A stretch of DNA of 64,000 nucleotides from Candidatus Oxydemutatoraceae bacterium (GCA_965218975.1 OZ244717.1:338347-402346), one strand, 5' to 3'; shown: positions 41,277 through 51,810, counted from the first letter of the stretch. The notes: generated from the sequence alone by a model not told the origin. Numbers and translations are program-made.

Positions 41277-42803
41277 ATGAAAGAAATAACCCCGCGTCGT
41301 TTCCAGCGTGCCAGATTAACCGCCTTTCTCCTAATCAGCGGCTTTGCGTTAAGCGGTTGTTTTGATTCGGGCGGAAGCGGTTCAAGCGGCGCTTCGGTTG
41401 AGCGGTTTTTATACACGAGTAGCAATAGCAGTAGCGGGAATGAAATTATACGGATGGGTATTGCTTCCGACGGCACACTCAGTAGTAGCACCGTAACTCG
41501 AATACCGACCCATGGTTTTGGCGATGCCGACGATGACGACTTTGACGGGCAACATTCGTTGCATATCGTGCATAATTATCTGCTTGCCGTCAATGCCGGG
41601 GAAGATCCTGCATTTTCGGACATGAAATTTAATGGCGAGTTTGCCGCTCGCACCAGCGGCAACGGAACTATATCGGTATTTCGTTTTGAAGATGACGCTT
41701 TAACCCAAGTGCCGCAGGGAGAGGATTCTGCAAGCAGTAATGTGGAGTCGCACGGAATCAGACCGGTGAGTCTGACATCGGCAATAATCGACGATGTAAC
41801 ATGGGTATTAGTCGCAAACCAATACGACAATCCATTTTGTAAGTGGTTTGACGGCAAGGAGCCGCAATGTCCTGCTATTCCGTCGCCGCGTGAGGATGAC
41901 AAACCGAGTATTGATGCGTTTAAATTCAATCCCGAGGACGGACAATTGACTTATTCCGGCGAAATGGACCTTTTTAATTTCGGCGACAACGGCGGGCCGT
42001 CACAAGTTTCTTTTAGTCCGGACCGGAGCAAAGTTGCGGCAACGATGTGGGGAATACCGTTTCTAAGTTCCACAGGAGTGGAAACGATAGATATATTGCG
42101 GAGTACAACTGTCAATACTTTCCGTGAAGGTGGGGTGTTCGTATGGGATGTGGAAGTACAGGATTCCACTCAGGGTTCCAATTTGATGCTTATCAAGCGC
42201 CGCTTTTGGTTTGAACCGGGGGTTTCGGGTAGTATCGGGTTTGTTTGGAGTCCGGATAGCCGGTATCTTTATGTAACAAACTTCAATGTCCCGATCAACG
42301 GGGATAGGAACTTCAGCGTAGTTTCGTTGGAAGATACGTCTTCGGAACTGACTCCTGTCGATCAGTCGGGAACACGCGACAATGACGGCGCGATGCAGGT
42401 GCGACATGCCGATGAGGCCTGTTGGGCATGGCTTGAACCCGACGGGAGCAGGCTTTATACGGCAAGTTTTAGCGGAAACATCGTGTCGTTCTTTGACGTG
42501 ACACCCGAGACCGGCATGATTGATCACAATTCGTATTATCCTCGTCGTGACCAAGCGCTCCCATTTCCGATCGCTCCTTCTTTAAGAATATCCGAAGCTC
42601 CGGATACAAAGGATATTTACGTTTTATCGAACGGAACATTTCTCTATGTTTCCGGCGCATTAAATTCGCACACGATTTCAATTTATGCGGTGAACAGCAA
42701 GGGAACTTTAGTGGAAATAAATTCCTCGCCGTTTAGCGTCCCGTTTCCGGATGCAAGGACGGATAAGCGCGAAGAAGCATTTTTGGGTCTTGTCGGCTAC
42801 TAA
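41277..42803 (+). CDS. Lipoprotein with a beta-propeller (lactonase-like 7-bladed) repeat pattern
   Basis: The lipobox is LISGFALSGC. Recurrent blade-like segments are present (TISVFRFEDD, VSFSPDRSKV, VWSPDSRYLYVTNF, DGSRLYTASFSGNIVSFFDV, FLYVSGALNSHTISIYAV). Confidence 0.65.
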   Translation: MKEITPRRFQRARLTAFLLISGFALSGCFDSGGSGSSGASVERFLYTSSNSSSGNEIIRMGIASDGTLSSSTVTRIPTHGFGDADDDDFDGQHSLHIVHNYLLAVNAGEDPAFSDMKFNGEFAARTSGNGTISVFRFEDDALTQVPQGEDSASSNVESHGIRPVSLTSAIIDDVTWVLVANQYDNPFCKWFDGKEPQCPAIPSPREDDKPSIDAFKFNPEDGQLTYSGEMDLFNFGDNGGPSQVSFSPDRSKVAATMWGIPFLSSTGVETIDILRSTTVNTFREGGVFVWDVEVQDSTQGSNLMLIKRRFWFEPGVSGSIGFVWSPDSRYLYVTNFNVPINGDRNFSVVSLEDTSSELTPVDQSGTRDNDGAMQVRHADEACWAWLEPDGSRLYTASFSGNIVSFFDVTPETGMIDHNSYYPRRDQALPFPIAPSLRISEAPDTKDIYVLSNGTFLYVSGALNSHTISIYAVNSKGTLVEINSSPFSVPFPDARTDKREEAFLGLVGY

Positions 42804-42844
42804 AAGTGAGTCTTTTCGGAAGAAAAGATATAACTTAATAGGCA

Positions 42845-43585
42845 ATGCGCAACGCATTATTTTTGCTCGGTGTGGTACTGATGCTCGCGTTCGTTTGGAA
42901 TCGGATGCTACCCTCCGCATCTGAAAGTGGTGCGGAGAAAAACGGGCACAACCACGCGACAGCAAAAATGTCCGCTCCCACTATGATTCTTACGGCATCG
43001 GATGAAAAAGTGTCCGATTTGTCCGATGCAAAAGCGGTTCCGTCGCGGCAACTATTCCCTCGTTCAATGATTGAAGCTGAATGGCAAATTTCCGAGGAGA
43101 TTATTCCTTGGCTTGGCACTTTCGGCCCTTTCTCCAGAGAAGAACTCCGACAGTTTGCTTCAAACCCAAGCTTTATTCCGCGTTTTCTCGAGATTGGGCT
43201 TTCGGACAAGGAGGTACGCCCTGCAGATATCGGTCAAGGAGCAGAACAAAGAAGAAAAGTTCATTTTCGACACAACGCTTTACCGCAGTCTCGGGACGCT
43301 GCGATACCGCCTGATTTTCCAATCGATCAAAAAAGAATTTATGCTCACTTTACATATCACAACCTCCCGCATGATCAGGTGCTGGTCAAATGGAGCGAGT
43401 CGGCGGAAAATGGGGAAGTGTTGTTGTTTAAGCGATATCCGCTGATTACTTCAAATCAGCATCATTATGTTTGGTTTGATAAAGACGCTCCATGGGACCC
43501 GGGCGTTTATCGCGTTGAGATATTTTCCGCAGATGCCGACCTAACGGCGCTTGCGGCAGGAACTTATACGGTAAACGTTAATTAG
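42845..43585 (+). CDS. Hypothetical membrane-anchored protein
   Basis: It has an N-terminal TM helix (ALFLLGVVLMLAFVW). No recognisable motifs were seen. Confidence 0.5.
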   Translation: MRNALFLLGVVLMLAFVWNRMLPSASESGAEKNGHNHATAKMSAPTMILTASDEKVSDLSDAKAVPSRQLFPRSMIEAEWQISEEIIPWLGTFGPFSREELRQFASNPSFIPRFLEIGLSDKEVRPADIGQGAEQRRKVHFRHNALPQSRDAAIPPDFPIDQKRIYAHFTYHNLPHDQVLVKWSESAENGEVLLFKRYPLITSNQHHYVWFDKDAPWDPGVYRVEIFSADADLTALAAGTYTVNVN

Positions 43586-43682
43586 TTAATTGCATAGATC
43601 ACTTATCCTGTCGGACCCCATGAAGAAACCTGCATACTAGTGAAAAACTTTACATCGCTATAGAATGCTTGTCGGAGGCACC

Positions 43683-44420
43683 ATGAAACGTACGCTCATA
43701 CTCTTATTTATATTGCTTGTTTCGTCCGTCGCTTACGCGAAGGGAAGCGCCGTGCTTTACAAGGTTAACGGACAGTCTTATGAAGGCTATTTCGTGATGC
43801 CGTCTCCCGGCGCGCCGCTGGTGTTGCTCATCCACGATTGGGACGGTTTGACCGATTATGAAATCCGTCGTGCCGAGATGCTTGCCGGGATGGGGTATGC
43901 AGTGTTTGCAGCCGACCTGTTCGGGGCAGGAGTACGACCGTCCGAACTTGCCGATAAACGCCGGCACACCGGCGAGTTGTACGCAGACCGCAAGAAAATG
44001 CGTGCTGTACTACAAGGCGCGCTCAACACCGCCCAAGCGAAAGGCGCCAGCGTTCGCAACGCTGTGGCAATAGGCTACTGTTTCGGCGGGGCTGCCGTGC
44101 TTGAGCTGGCAAGATCAGGCGCGGCGCTCAAGGGATTTGTTACTTTCCACGGCGGCTTGAGCACCCCGCCTGGGCAAGGGTATGCCGACACTAAGGGAAA
44201 GCTGCTGATCCTGCACGGCACAGCAGATACTATCATCACGATGGATCAGTTTGCCGCACTCGGTAGCGAGCTGGAAAAAGCGAACGTTGACCACGAAATG
44301 ATCACGTACGGCGGCGCGCCGCATGGGTTTACTGTATTCGGCTCAAATAACTATCGGGAAGACGCCGATAGAAAGTCATGGCGACGGTTTTCGAAGTTTT
44401 TGGTTGATACGCTGGGATGA
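43683..44420 (+). CDS. Dienelactone hydrolase family protein (secreted)
   Basis: A signal peptide is followed by LLIHDWDGLTDY, the nucleophile motif GYCFGG, and a late HG..D / APHGF pattern. A GGAGG RBS precedes the ATG at 43683; the listed ORF starts at 43665. Confidence 0.8.
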   Translation: MKRTLILLFILLVSSVAYAKGSAVLYKVNGQSYEGYFVMPSPGAPLVLLIHDWDGLTDYEIRRAEMLAGMGYAVFAADLFGAGVRPSELADKRRHTGELYADRKKMRAVLQGALNTAQAKGASVRNAVAIGYCFGGAAVLELARSGAALKGFVTFHGGLSTPPGQGYADTKGKLLILHGTADTIITMDQFAALGSELEKANVDHEMITYGGAPHGFTVFGSNNYREDADRKSWRRFSKFLVDTLG

Positions 44421-44844
44421 CGAACGTACTAGATATTTAAAAATATACACCGAGAGAATCTAAAATATATTAAATGGCGTCGTGCCGGTTCCGTCCGAAG
44501 AAATAACGGATGCCAATCTCGGTTATTCACCGTCTTTGGACTTCGTTTTTATCCCACGGCACATCGGAGAGGAAATAACGGATGCCAAGCTCGGTGATTC
44601 ACCGGGAATACGGTAATGATAGATTGGCTTACATTAGAGTCACCACAGAGTCACCACTAACTCATGGAGGGGCATTTTCCTTGTCGCAGGCTGCACAATT
44701 CACTAAGAATGCCGTCGCCGGATTGTGGCTGATCTTCTCCCACAAATTGAACACTATGCGAAGGGAAGCTCGGTGCAAAATAGCTCCGGAGGAAACGAAC
44801 CTCCCGAATAATCGGCCGTGTCTCCTTGAAGTTCAAATCAGAAA

Positions 44845-47433
44845 ATGCCGCACCTTTTTGAAGCATTAGAACATTCTGCTGCCAGCTGGCGTAAGAAGGG
44901 TTATCCTTGTGACGCCTATCCGCTCATAGGCGAAATTCTTGCTTACCAAACGGAAAAGCAGGAGGACAGGTCAACCCCGAAGTTTCTGCGCGAACCCCAA
45001 TTCCTTGCCTTGGAGGTTTACTGGTATATCCGCCTTATACGGGAAACCCCTCATATCATAGACCTTTACAAGCATTATCACGGCAGCAATAAAGAAGATT
45101 TTTTTGATGCGCTTGGAATCTCAGTATCAAGAGATGCTTTGGAGTTTGCAGAAATAGACGGAATGATTGAAAAAATTAAAAGGGATGAGGGTTTTGTCAA
45201 AGACAAAAGAATTCAAGCGTTGCACGAAGCCGTCAAATTAGACTATCCGAGCTACATTTTTGCTTTGGCTATGGGTGCGGGCAAAACCGTTCTGATAGGG
45301 ACGATTATCGCAACCGAGTTTGCAATGTCGCTGCGTTATCCCAAAGATAGATTTATGAAAAATGCCCTCGTTTTTGCTCCGGGCACGACAATCATAGAAA
45401 GTTTGCGCGAACTCAGCGATATATCTTATGAGCAGATTTTGCCGCCCGGCCTTAACCGCGATTTCCTTGCTAATTTGAAGATTGAATTTCCGGGCAAGGA
45501 AAAAGACATACAGGCGCAGAGAAACAGCAGTTATAACTTGATTGTTACCAATGTTGAAAAAATCAACCTGCGTGCCAGGCAGCGGGAGAATCAAACACAA
45601 TTATCTTTTGAACACGAAGAAGCACAGGCGAATCTACGGCTTCAAAAGATCGCAAGCCTGCCCGGCCTCGGGGTTTTTTCAGATGAAGCGCACCACACAT
45701 ACGGAAACACCTTTGACAAACTCAAACGCGTGAGGGAAACCATCAACTACATACACGAGCAGACTGAAATAGTGGCGGTGATCAACACCACCGGAACGCC
45801 TTACTATAAAAAGCAACCCTTAAAGGAGGTGGTTGTCTGGTACGGGCTTGGCGACGGCATCAAAGATAATATCCTCAAAGGCCTCAATAACGGCATTCAT
45901 CTATACGATATCGGAGAGCAGCCGGAGGAAGAGGTTTTTAGGGACATCATTCGAGAATTTTGGGAGGGCTACGGAAATGTTTCTCTTCCCAACGGCGCAC
46001 CGGCAAAGATTGCCTTTTATTTCAAAACGCAACAGCATCTGGTAAGTTCAAAACAACAAATAGAGAAGGCGATGACGGAAATCGGGCAACCTGTTTCCCA
46101 TATATTAGTTAATACACAACAATCCGATGCAGCGCAGATCGACGAGTTTAAGCGTCTCAATAATCCCGAAACCCAGAAGCGAGTTATTCTGTTGATCGGC
46201 AAAGGGGTTGAAGGTTGGAACTGCCCCAGCCTGTTTTCCTGCGCACTGATAAAGGAGCAGACGAGTAAGAATTACGTTTTGCAAGCATCAACGAGATGTT
46301 TGCGGCAGGTTCCGGGCAATAGCCTTCCGGCGAAGATATTTCTAGATTCCGTCAACGCAACGATTCTAGACAAAGAATTACAAAATAACTTCGGCACCGA
46401 TCTTGATAGACTTAGCGGGGAAACGGGAGACAAAGAAACCATCACTCTGCGTATTCTTAAAACAGAACTGCCGAAACTGGAAATCACCCGCACTGTTAAA
46501 AGAGCTATAAGAAAAGGGGAAATAAACAGAAATATACGTTTGGAGAAACCGAAGGCGCAAAAACTGCCCGTTGTATTGCGCAGCATTTGCACCCCTGATT
46601 TCAGCGGTCCAAAGGAAATATTAATGCCGACAGGACAAACGAAGGAGCTACCGGCGGGAAGACGTGTTACCGGTTGCCATACTGCCGCTTGGAGAATCGC
46701 TTCACGATACCATGTACCGGTTCTACCGATCTTGAAAAAACTCAAAAGCTTTTATCCGAAAGGAGTAATGCCGGATAGTCATTTATACGGGCTTTTTCAG
46801 CAGGTTGAACGGCAACAAACAAGTTACACAACGGTTGAAGAAAAAGTAACCGAGGCGATGGCGTTGATCCGAGTTCAGGATGAGAACGGAGAAGGCATCT
46901 TTGATAAGGATGAAAAGGGGGTTTTTGTTCACCGTTTGCGGTTGCTTAAAAGGACTGTTGAACGTATGGAAGAAGGCGGATTGTTTGCAGAGAGGGAAAA
47001 TTATGAGGACCAGCACGAGTTGAGTTTTCACTATACCCCCTACAACTTTGACAGCAAACCGGAACGTTCCCTGTTCCGAAGGATTTTATCCATGTTGAAT
47101 ACAGAACCTTATGACGTGGAAGTGTTTCTGTTCACCGGTGGGCTAACAGACCCGAAGAAAACTGATTTCCATTTTGAATATCTGGGCGAAGACAAGCGGT
47201 ATCATCGCTACTTTCCGGATTTTGTGATTGCCAAAAAGACCGGTGAGTTTTATATTGTCGAGGTGAAAGAAGATAAGCGCGAGGATAAAACTGTGGAGGC
47301 CAAGAAAAAGGCAGTTGAGAAACTGCAGAATTTGCCAACGAACAAGTTCGGATACCATATTATCTATGCTTCTACAGCGACGCTAGGCGTGAGAGAAACC
47401 ACGCCGATTCAGAATTGGATACAAAAAAACTAA
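44845..47433 (+). CDS. Type III restriction enzyme Res-like subunit (SF2 DEAH helicase plus C-terminal PD-(D/E)xK nuclease)
   Basis: Walker A is ALAMGAGKTVLIG and the DEAH box is VFSDEAHHTYG. The helicase C-terminal part includes QASTRCLR. The C-terminal nuclease motif is YFPDFVIAKKTGEFYIVEVKEDK. Confidence 0.8.
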   Translation: MPHLFEALEHSAASWRKKGYPCDAYPLIGEILAYQTEKQEDRSTPKFLREPQFLALEVYWYIRLIRETPHIIDLYKHYHGSNKEDFFDALGISVSRDALEFAEIDGMIEKIKRDEGFVKDKRIQALHEAVKLDYPSYIFALAMGAGKTVLIGTIIATEFAMSLRYPKDRFMKNALVFAPGTTIIESLRELSDISYEQILPPGLNRDFLANLKIEFPGKEKDIQAQRNSSYNLIVTNVEKINLRARQRENQTQLSFEHEEAQANLRLQKIASLPGLGVFSDEAHHTYGNTFDKLKRVRETINYIHEQTEIVAVINTTGTPYYKKQPLKEVVVWYGLGDGIKDNILKGLNNGIHLYDIGEQPEEEVFRDIIREFWEGYGNVSLPNGAPAKIAFYFKTQQHLVSSKQQIEKAMTEIGQPVSHILVNTQQSDAAQIDEFKRLNNPETQKRVILLIGKGVEGWNCPSLFSCALIKEQTSKNYVLQASTRCLRQVPGNSLPAKIFLDSVNATILDKELQNNFGTDLDRLSGETGDKETITLRILKTELPKLEITRTVKRAIRKGEINRNIRLEKPKAQKLPVVLRSICTPDFSGPKEILMPTGQTKELPAGRRVTGCHTAAWRIASRYHVPVLPILKKLKSFYPKGVMPDSHLYGLFQQVERQQTSYTTVEEKVTEAMALIRVQDENGEGIFDKDEKGVFVHRLRLLKRTVERMEEGGLFAERENYEDQHELSFHYTPYNFDSKPERSLFRRILSMLNTEPYDVEVFLFTGGLTDPKKTDFHFEYLGEDKRYHRYFPDFVIAKKTGEFYIVEVKEDKREDKTVEAKKKAVEKLQNLPTNKFGYHIIYASTATLGVRETTPIQNWIQKN

Positions 47434-48389
47434 TGGAACGCCACTCATTCTCGCCCGACAACCGAACAGGCCGGAAAGTTTTCCATGGACTGTATTACCG
47501 CAGGCGCATCCTGCTTGCCATTCTGGCGCAAAGAAAGAGGCGCATAGAGAAACTGCGTTTGCAGAAGCTGCTCTTCCTTTTCACTCAACAGCAAGAAAAG
47601 CCGGCATACTATTTTCTTCCTTATAAATATGGAAGCTACTCATTTCAGGCCTCCGAAGACGCAAGAATACTCGCTTGCCATTACGGTTTGATAATAAATA
47701 GCCGGGACGACTCTTATTCCTTGAACAAAAAAAACGTTAAAGAAGAATATTTTGCACTAAAAGACACGGACCACGATCGGCTGGCACATGTATATAAGCA
47801 ATACGGACCTCTCTCAACAAAGGAGTTAATTTACCAAGTTTACAAACAGTATCCGTACTATGCGGTCAGAAGTGAAATAATTGGTGAGCAGCGCTTCAAG
47901 GCGTTACATAAGAGCATAAAGAAAGAGCAGCTACAATTCCAAACAAGCAACGGTCGCCGTTGTCTCTACACAATCGGTTATGAAGGCATAAGCATAGAGC
48001 AATATATTTCCCGCCTGATGAGAAACGGCATATCCGCTCTGGTGGATGTCAGACGCAACCCCTTCAGCATGAAGTACGGATTTTCCAAAACTCAGTTACG
48101 GCGTATCACTAAAAAATTTGACATAGAGTATTACCACATACCTGAGCTCGGGGTCGAAAGCGACCGTCGCGTGAACTTGACGACCCGCGCCGACTATAAT
48201 CAACTCTTCAGAATGTATCGTAGATCATTGCGGCAAGAGGAGGAAAGTCTGCAATGTATTCAAACTATTTTGCGTGAACATTTGCGTACGGCGCTGACGT
48301 GCTTTGAAAAAAAACACGAGTGGTACCATAGAGGAATTTTATCCGAAGCAATTCATGCTCAATGCGGTATAACCGTAAAGCACTTTTGA
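47415..48389 (+). CDS. DUF488-domain protein with an uncharacterised ~170 aa N-terminal extension
   Basis: The C-terminal half is YTIGYEGISIEQYISRLMRNGISALVDVRRNPFS.KYGFSK..L........IEYYHIPELG ... ALTCFEKKHEWYHRGIL, the DUF488 pattern with W-Y-HR in place of the usual C-HR. The N-terminal part (LQKLLFLF...PYKYGSYS) is unassigned. The gene overlaps the res stop. Confidence 0.65.
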   Translation: MDTKKLMERHSFSPDNRTGRKVFHGLYYRRRILLAILAQRKRRIEKLRLQKLLFLFTQQQEKPAYYFLPYKYGSYSFQASEDARILACHYGLIINSRDDSYSLNKKNVKEEYFALKDTDHDRLAHVYKQYGPLSTKELIYQVYKQYPYYAVRSEIIGEQRFKALHKSIKKEQLQFQTSNGRRCLYTIGYEGISIEQYISRLMRNGISALVDVRRNPFSMKYGFSKTQLRRITKKFDIEYYHIPELGVESDRRVNLTTRADYNQLFRMYRRSLRQEEESLQCIQTILREHLRTALTCFEKKHEWYHRGILSEAIHAQCGITVKHF

Positions 48390-49007
48390 AAGGCGTGGGA
48401 ATCCAAAAAATAAAGGCAAAACAGTTTACAGATTTTTCTCATGCGCCTATTCCAAACCCGGAACGTCAAAAATACCAAGCAAAGAGAGAGAACATTCTGA
48501 ATAGTCGGAAGCAGGGGTCGCTGATAGATGATGGCCTGAGAGATGCCGAGCTGGTATCTGCCCCCGACTATCGTTTCTACTATCACTTTGACGATCTAAA
48601 CGGCAAAAACAGTAAAATGATGATAGCAGATTGGGAAATACAAGCGTTATACAGAAATTGTTTGCGAGGGAAAAATAAGCAACAAGCGCTTGAGGATGTG
48701 CGCAAAAAATACTCTGGCGGGCCGACAGACTCGAACAAAACCGATTTCCATTTTTGAATATCTAGGCGAAGACAAGCAGGATCATCGCTACTTTCCGGAT
48801 TTTGTGATTGTCAAAAAGACCGGCGAGTTTTATATTGTCGAGGTGAAATCGAAAGATGAGCGCGGGGATGAAACCGTAGAAGCAAAGAAGAAAGCGGTGG
48901 AAAAGTTACAAAATCTACAAGCTGATAAGGTTAAATATAATATCATTTACACAAAGACGAACACAATAGGGGTTGAGGACATTGACATCAATACGATTGT
49001 GGATTAG
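48362..49007 (+). pseudogene. Frameshifted gene whose 3' part duplicates the Res C-terminal PD-(D/E)xK domain
   Basis: ORFs 48362-48757 and 48690-49007 join if one T of the T5 run at 48751-48755 is removed. The paralogous site at ~47170 has T4. The joined product ...GGPTDSNKTDFHFEYLGEDKQDHRYFPDFVIVKKTGEFYIVEVK...VEAKKKAVEKLQNL parallels Res ...GGLTDPKKTDFHFEYLGEDKRYHRYFPDFVIAKKTGEFYIVEVK...VEAKKKAVEKLQNL. Confidence 0.7.
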
Positions 49008-49022
49008 GTAGGAGTCGGATGA

Positions 49023-49893
49023 ATGCGACCACTTGATGAGTATATCAAATCTCACCTGAATGATTACATTAAAGAAATCGGTGAGGCATTGGGAGGGGTT
49101 GACACAATGTCAATAGTTAGCCCGATTATTCCCGGTGTTGATCAAAAAGTTAGAAATGTTATTGATATGAAGCAAGAGAAAAAATCCGCAATCGCTGTGG
49201 TTCTACAGACTCCTGGTGGCGTAGTTGAAATTGTTGAAAGGATGGTTGAAGTAATCAGAAATTTTTATACTGAAGTAAGTAGTAGTGATAGTACCAGACC
49301 GGGCAATGTCTGCCGGAACTGTTTTTACGTTGAGTGCAGACAGAATAATGATGGACTATTTTTCTCGATTGGGTCCGATTGACCCACAAATTGTTAAAGA
49401 CGAAAAACTTGTACCCGCTCTCTCTTACTTGAATCAGTATGAAATTTTGAATAAAAAAGCTAAACAGGGCCAACTCACCACGGCAGAGTATGCCATGCTT
49501 GACAAACTTGATTTGGGTGAATTGTATCGATTTGAGCAAGCCCGCGAACTCTCCATAGAACTTCTCAAGAAGTGGCTTTTTACATACAAATTTAAAGATT
49601 GGAGAAAGACAGAGAGTAGAAAACAGGCGGTTACAGAAGAAATGAAAGAGGAGCGTGCCGAAGAGATTGCTCAAAAATTAAATGATACAAACAGATGGCA
49701 TTCGCACGGACGAGGAATAGATATTTTCACTTTAAGGGAAGAATTAAATTTGAGAATTGAAGACTATTCGGAAAACAAAAAATTAAGCAAATATATACAG
49801 AATTACTATAATCTTCTAATTGATTATTTGGAACGAGAGAGGGTGGGTTCTTTCGTTCACACGGAGGAATATTTCTCGGAGGGATATTTTTAG
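49023..49893 (+). pseudogene. ClpP/SppA-fold serine protease (SDH_sah-like), split by a 1 nt frameshift
   Basis: ORF 49023-49382 (..VLQTPGGVVEIVERMVEVIRNFYTEV) and ORF 49285-49893 (VVIVPDRAMSAGTVFTLSADRIMMDYFSRLGPIDPQI..) join if one A at 49277-49278 (GAAGTAAGTAGTAGTG) is deleted. The MSAGT...LGPIDPQ pattern fits that family by recollection. Confidence 0.6.
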
Positions 49894-50088
49894 ACATGGG
49901 GGAAAAATAAATCGACTGGAGAAAATTCCATTTAGTCAGTTGTCCAAAAACAATCCGAAAATATCAACATCTGTTGTTACCCAACATCGTGAGTTGGAGG
50001 AAAAATTGAAAAACATAGGTGTGCGTAAAAAAGCTCGCTACACGCTTTCTCCCCCACTTGGCGAGACCATTAATCTATCAAAAATAGT

Positions 50089-51810
50089 TTGAAGTCTCTA
50101 AAAATCACCCCAGTTAAAGGTCGCCCGATGCTACACTGGATCGGTAAGAAGCCGCTGGATGTTGTCCGCCATTTTCCGGCGCAGTTATGCGAGAGTATCG
50201 GCATTGAAAACCCGCCTGTTGAGCCGTCGCACAAGAAATTTATTAAAAGCGATTACAACCTGCTCTTTCACGGCGACAACAAAGAAGTTCTTTCCTCTCT
50301 TTTGATTGCCGGGTTTCGGGGCAAGATAGATCTGATTTACATTGACCCGCCGTTTGATTCCGGCGCGGATTATGTCCGCAAGGTGACGTTGCGCGGGCAG
50401 TCTGCGAAACTTGCGGGTGAGGGGCATACTTTTATTGAGCAGGTGCAATACGAAGACATTTGGGCCAATGATAACTATTTGCAGTTTATGTATGAACGAC
50501 TGATTCTGATGCGCGAGTTGTTGAGTGATAAGGGAAGTATTTATCTGCATTGCGATTGGCACAAAAGCCACCATCTGCGGTTTTTATTGGATGAAGTATT
50601 TGGTGCGGAAAACTTTATAAATGAGATTGTTTGGTATTACAAAGATGCATCGGGAATTCTTAAGAAAGGTTTTAGAAAAAAGCACGACGGCATTTTTATT
50701 TATTCTAAGAGTACAGATTTTTATTTTGACGTAGATTCTGTTCGTCAGGAGTATGGAGATTCAACGAAAAAAGCGGCAGAAACAGGAACATTTTCTTTTG
50801 GCAGACCTACAAGGATTAATCCTTTGGGGAAGTATCCCGATGATGTTTGGGAAATAGCTATAATTAACAGTCAAGCAAAAGAAAGACTCAATTTCCCCAC
50901 CCAAAAACCCGAAGCACTTTTAGAGCGTATTATCAAAGCCTCCAGCAACGAAGGTTCCATCGTCTTGGACTGCTTTTGCGGCAGCGGCACAACCGCCGCA
51001 GTCGCCGAAAAGCTGGGACGGCGCTGGATTATGGCGGACTTGAACAAAGGCGCGATTCAAACGACCATCAAGCGATTGCAAAGTGTTATCAAAGAAAAGA
51101 ATGGCGACCTTGCGGAAAAAAACGGACGCGGGTTGATTCATTATCGGGTCAACAACTACGATTTCGCAAAGCAGGCCGAACTCAAGAAAATCATCGTCTC
51201 TAAATACGGTATTCAAACAGACCACAAGGATTTGTTCTTTGACGGAACGGCCGACGGCCGGTTGGCAAAGATTACCGATTTGGACAAGCCGCTGACGCGG
51301 TTGGATATTCAGATTATCAAAGACGAAATTGCCGATAACCGGCCGGACGAAACACGACACATCATCGTTTTCTGTAATGGTTCCGAGTTGGAATTGATCA
51401 AAGAGCTTAACGAAGAAATAAGACCGATCAATAAAATTAGCATCTGCGATATCCGGCAGGACGGAATGATTACCGATCAGCTGGCGCAAGCGGAGATTAA
51501 AATTACGAAAAGAGGCAAAAAGGCGATTATCAAAATTGAAGATTACATCAGCCCTACGATACTTGCCCGACTGGAGATTGACCGCAGTTTGTTTAATGAG
51601 CAGGTCGAAGATTTCCGATCGCAAATAGATTGCGTATTGATTGATACCAATTACAACGGCAAGGATTTCAGAATAACGGAAAGCGACTTGCCTGAGAAAA
51701 AGACCGGTCTCATCAGAGGGGAATACACACTGAACTTGCCCCGAGCAGGCGTCAAAGTGGCGGTAAAAATCGTGGATATGCTCGGAGAGGAAGTTTTGGC
51801 GATTAAGTAG
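50089..51810 (+). CDS. Adenine-specific DNA methyltransferase, beta-class (type III Mod-like)
   Basis: Motif [16 protein letters not shown], precedes motif [38 protein letters not shown] lies between them. The 573 aa protein has a C-terminal extension. Confidence 0.8.
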   Translation: MKSLKITPVKGRPMLHWIGKKPLDVVRHFPAQLCESIGIENPPVEPSHKKFIKSDYNLLFHGDNKEVLSSLLIAGFRGKIDLIYIDPPFDSGADYVRKVTLRGQSAKLAGEGHTFIEQVQYEDIWANDNYLQFMYERLILMRELLSDKGSIYLHCDWHKSHHLRFLLDEVFGAENFINEIVWYYKDASGILKKGFRKKHDGIFIYSKSTDFYFDVDSVRQEYGDSTKKAAETGTFSFGRPTRINPLGKYPDDVWEIAIINSQAKERLNFPTQKPEALLERIIKASSNEGSIVLDCFCGSGTTAAVAEKLGRRWIMADLNKGAIQTTIKRLQSVIKEKNGDLAEKNGRGLIHYRVNNYDFAKQAELKKIIVSKYGIQTDHKDLFFDGTADGRLAKITDLDKPLTRLDIQIIKDEIADNRPDETRHIIVFCNGSELELIKELNEEIRPINKISICDIRQDGMITDQLAQAEIKITKRGKKAIIKIEDYISPTILARLEIDRSLFNEQVEDFRSQIDCVLIDTNYNGKDFRITESDLPEKKTGLIRGEYTLNLPRAGVKVAVKIVDMLGEEVLAIK

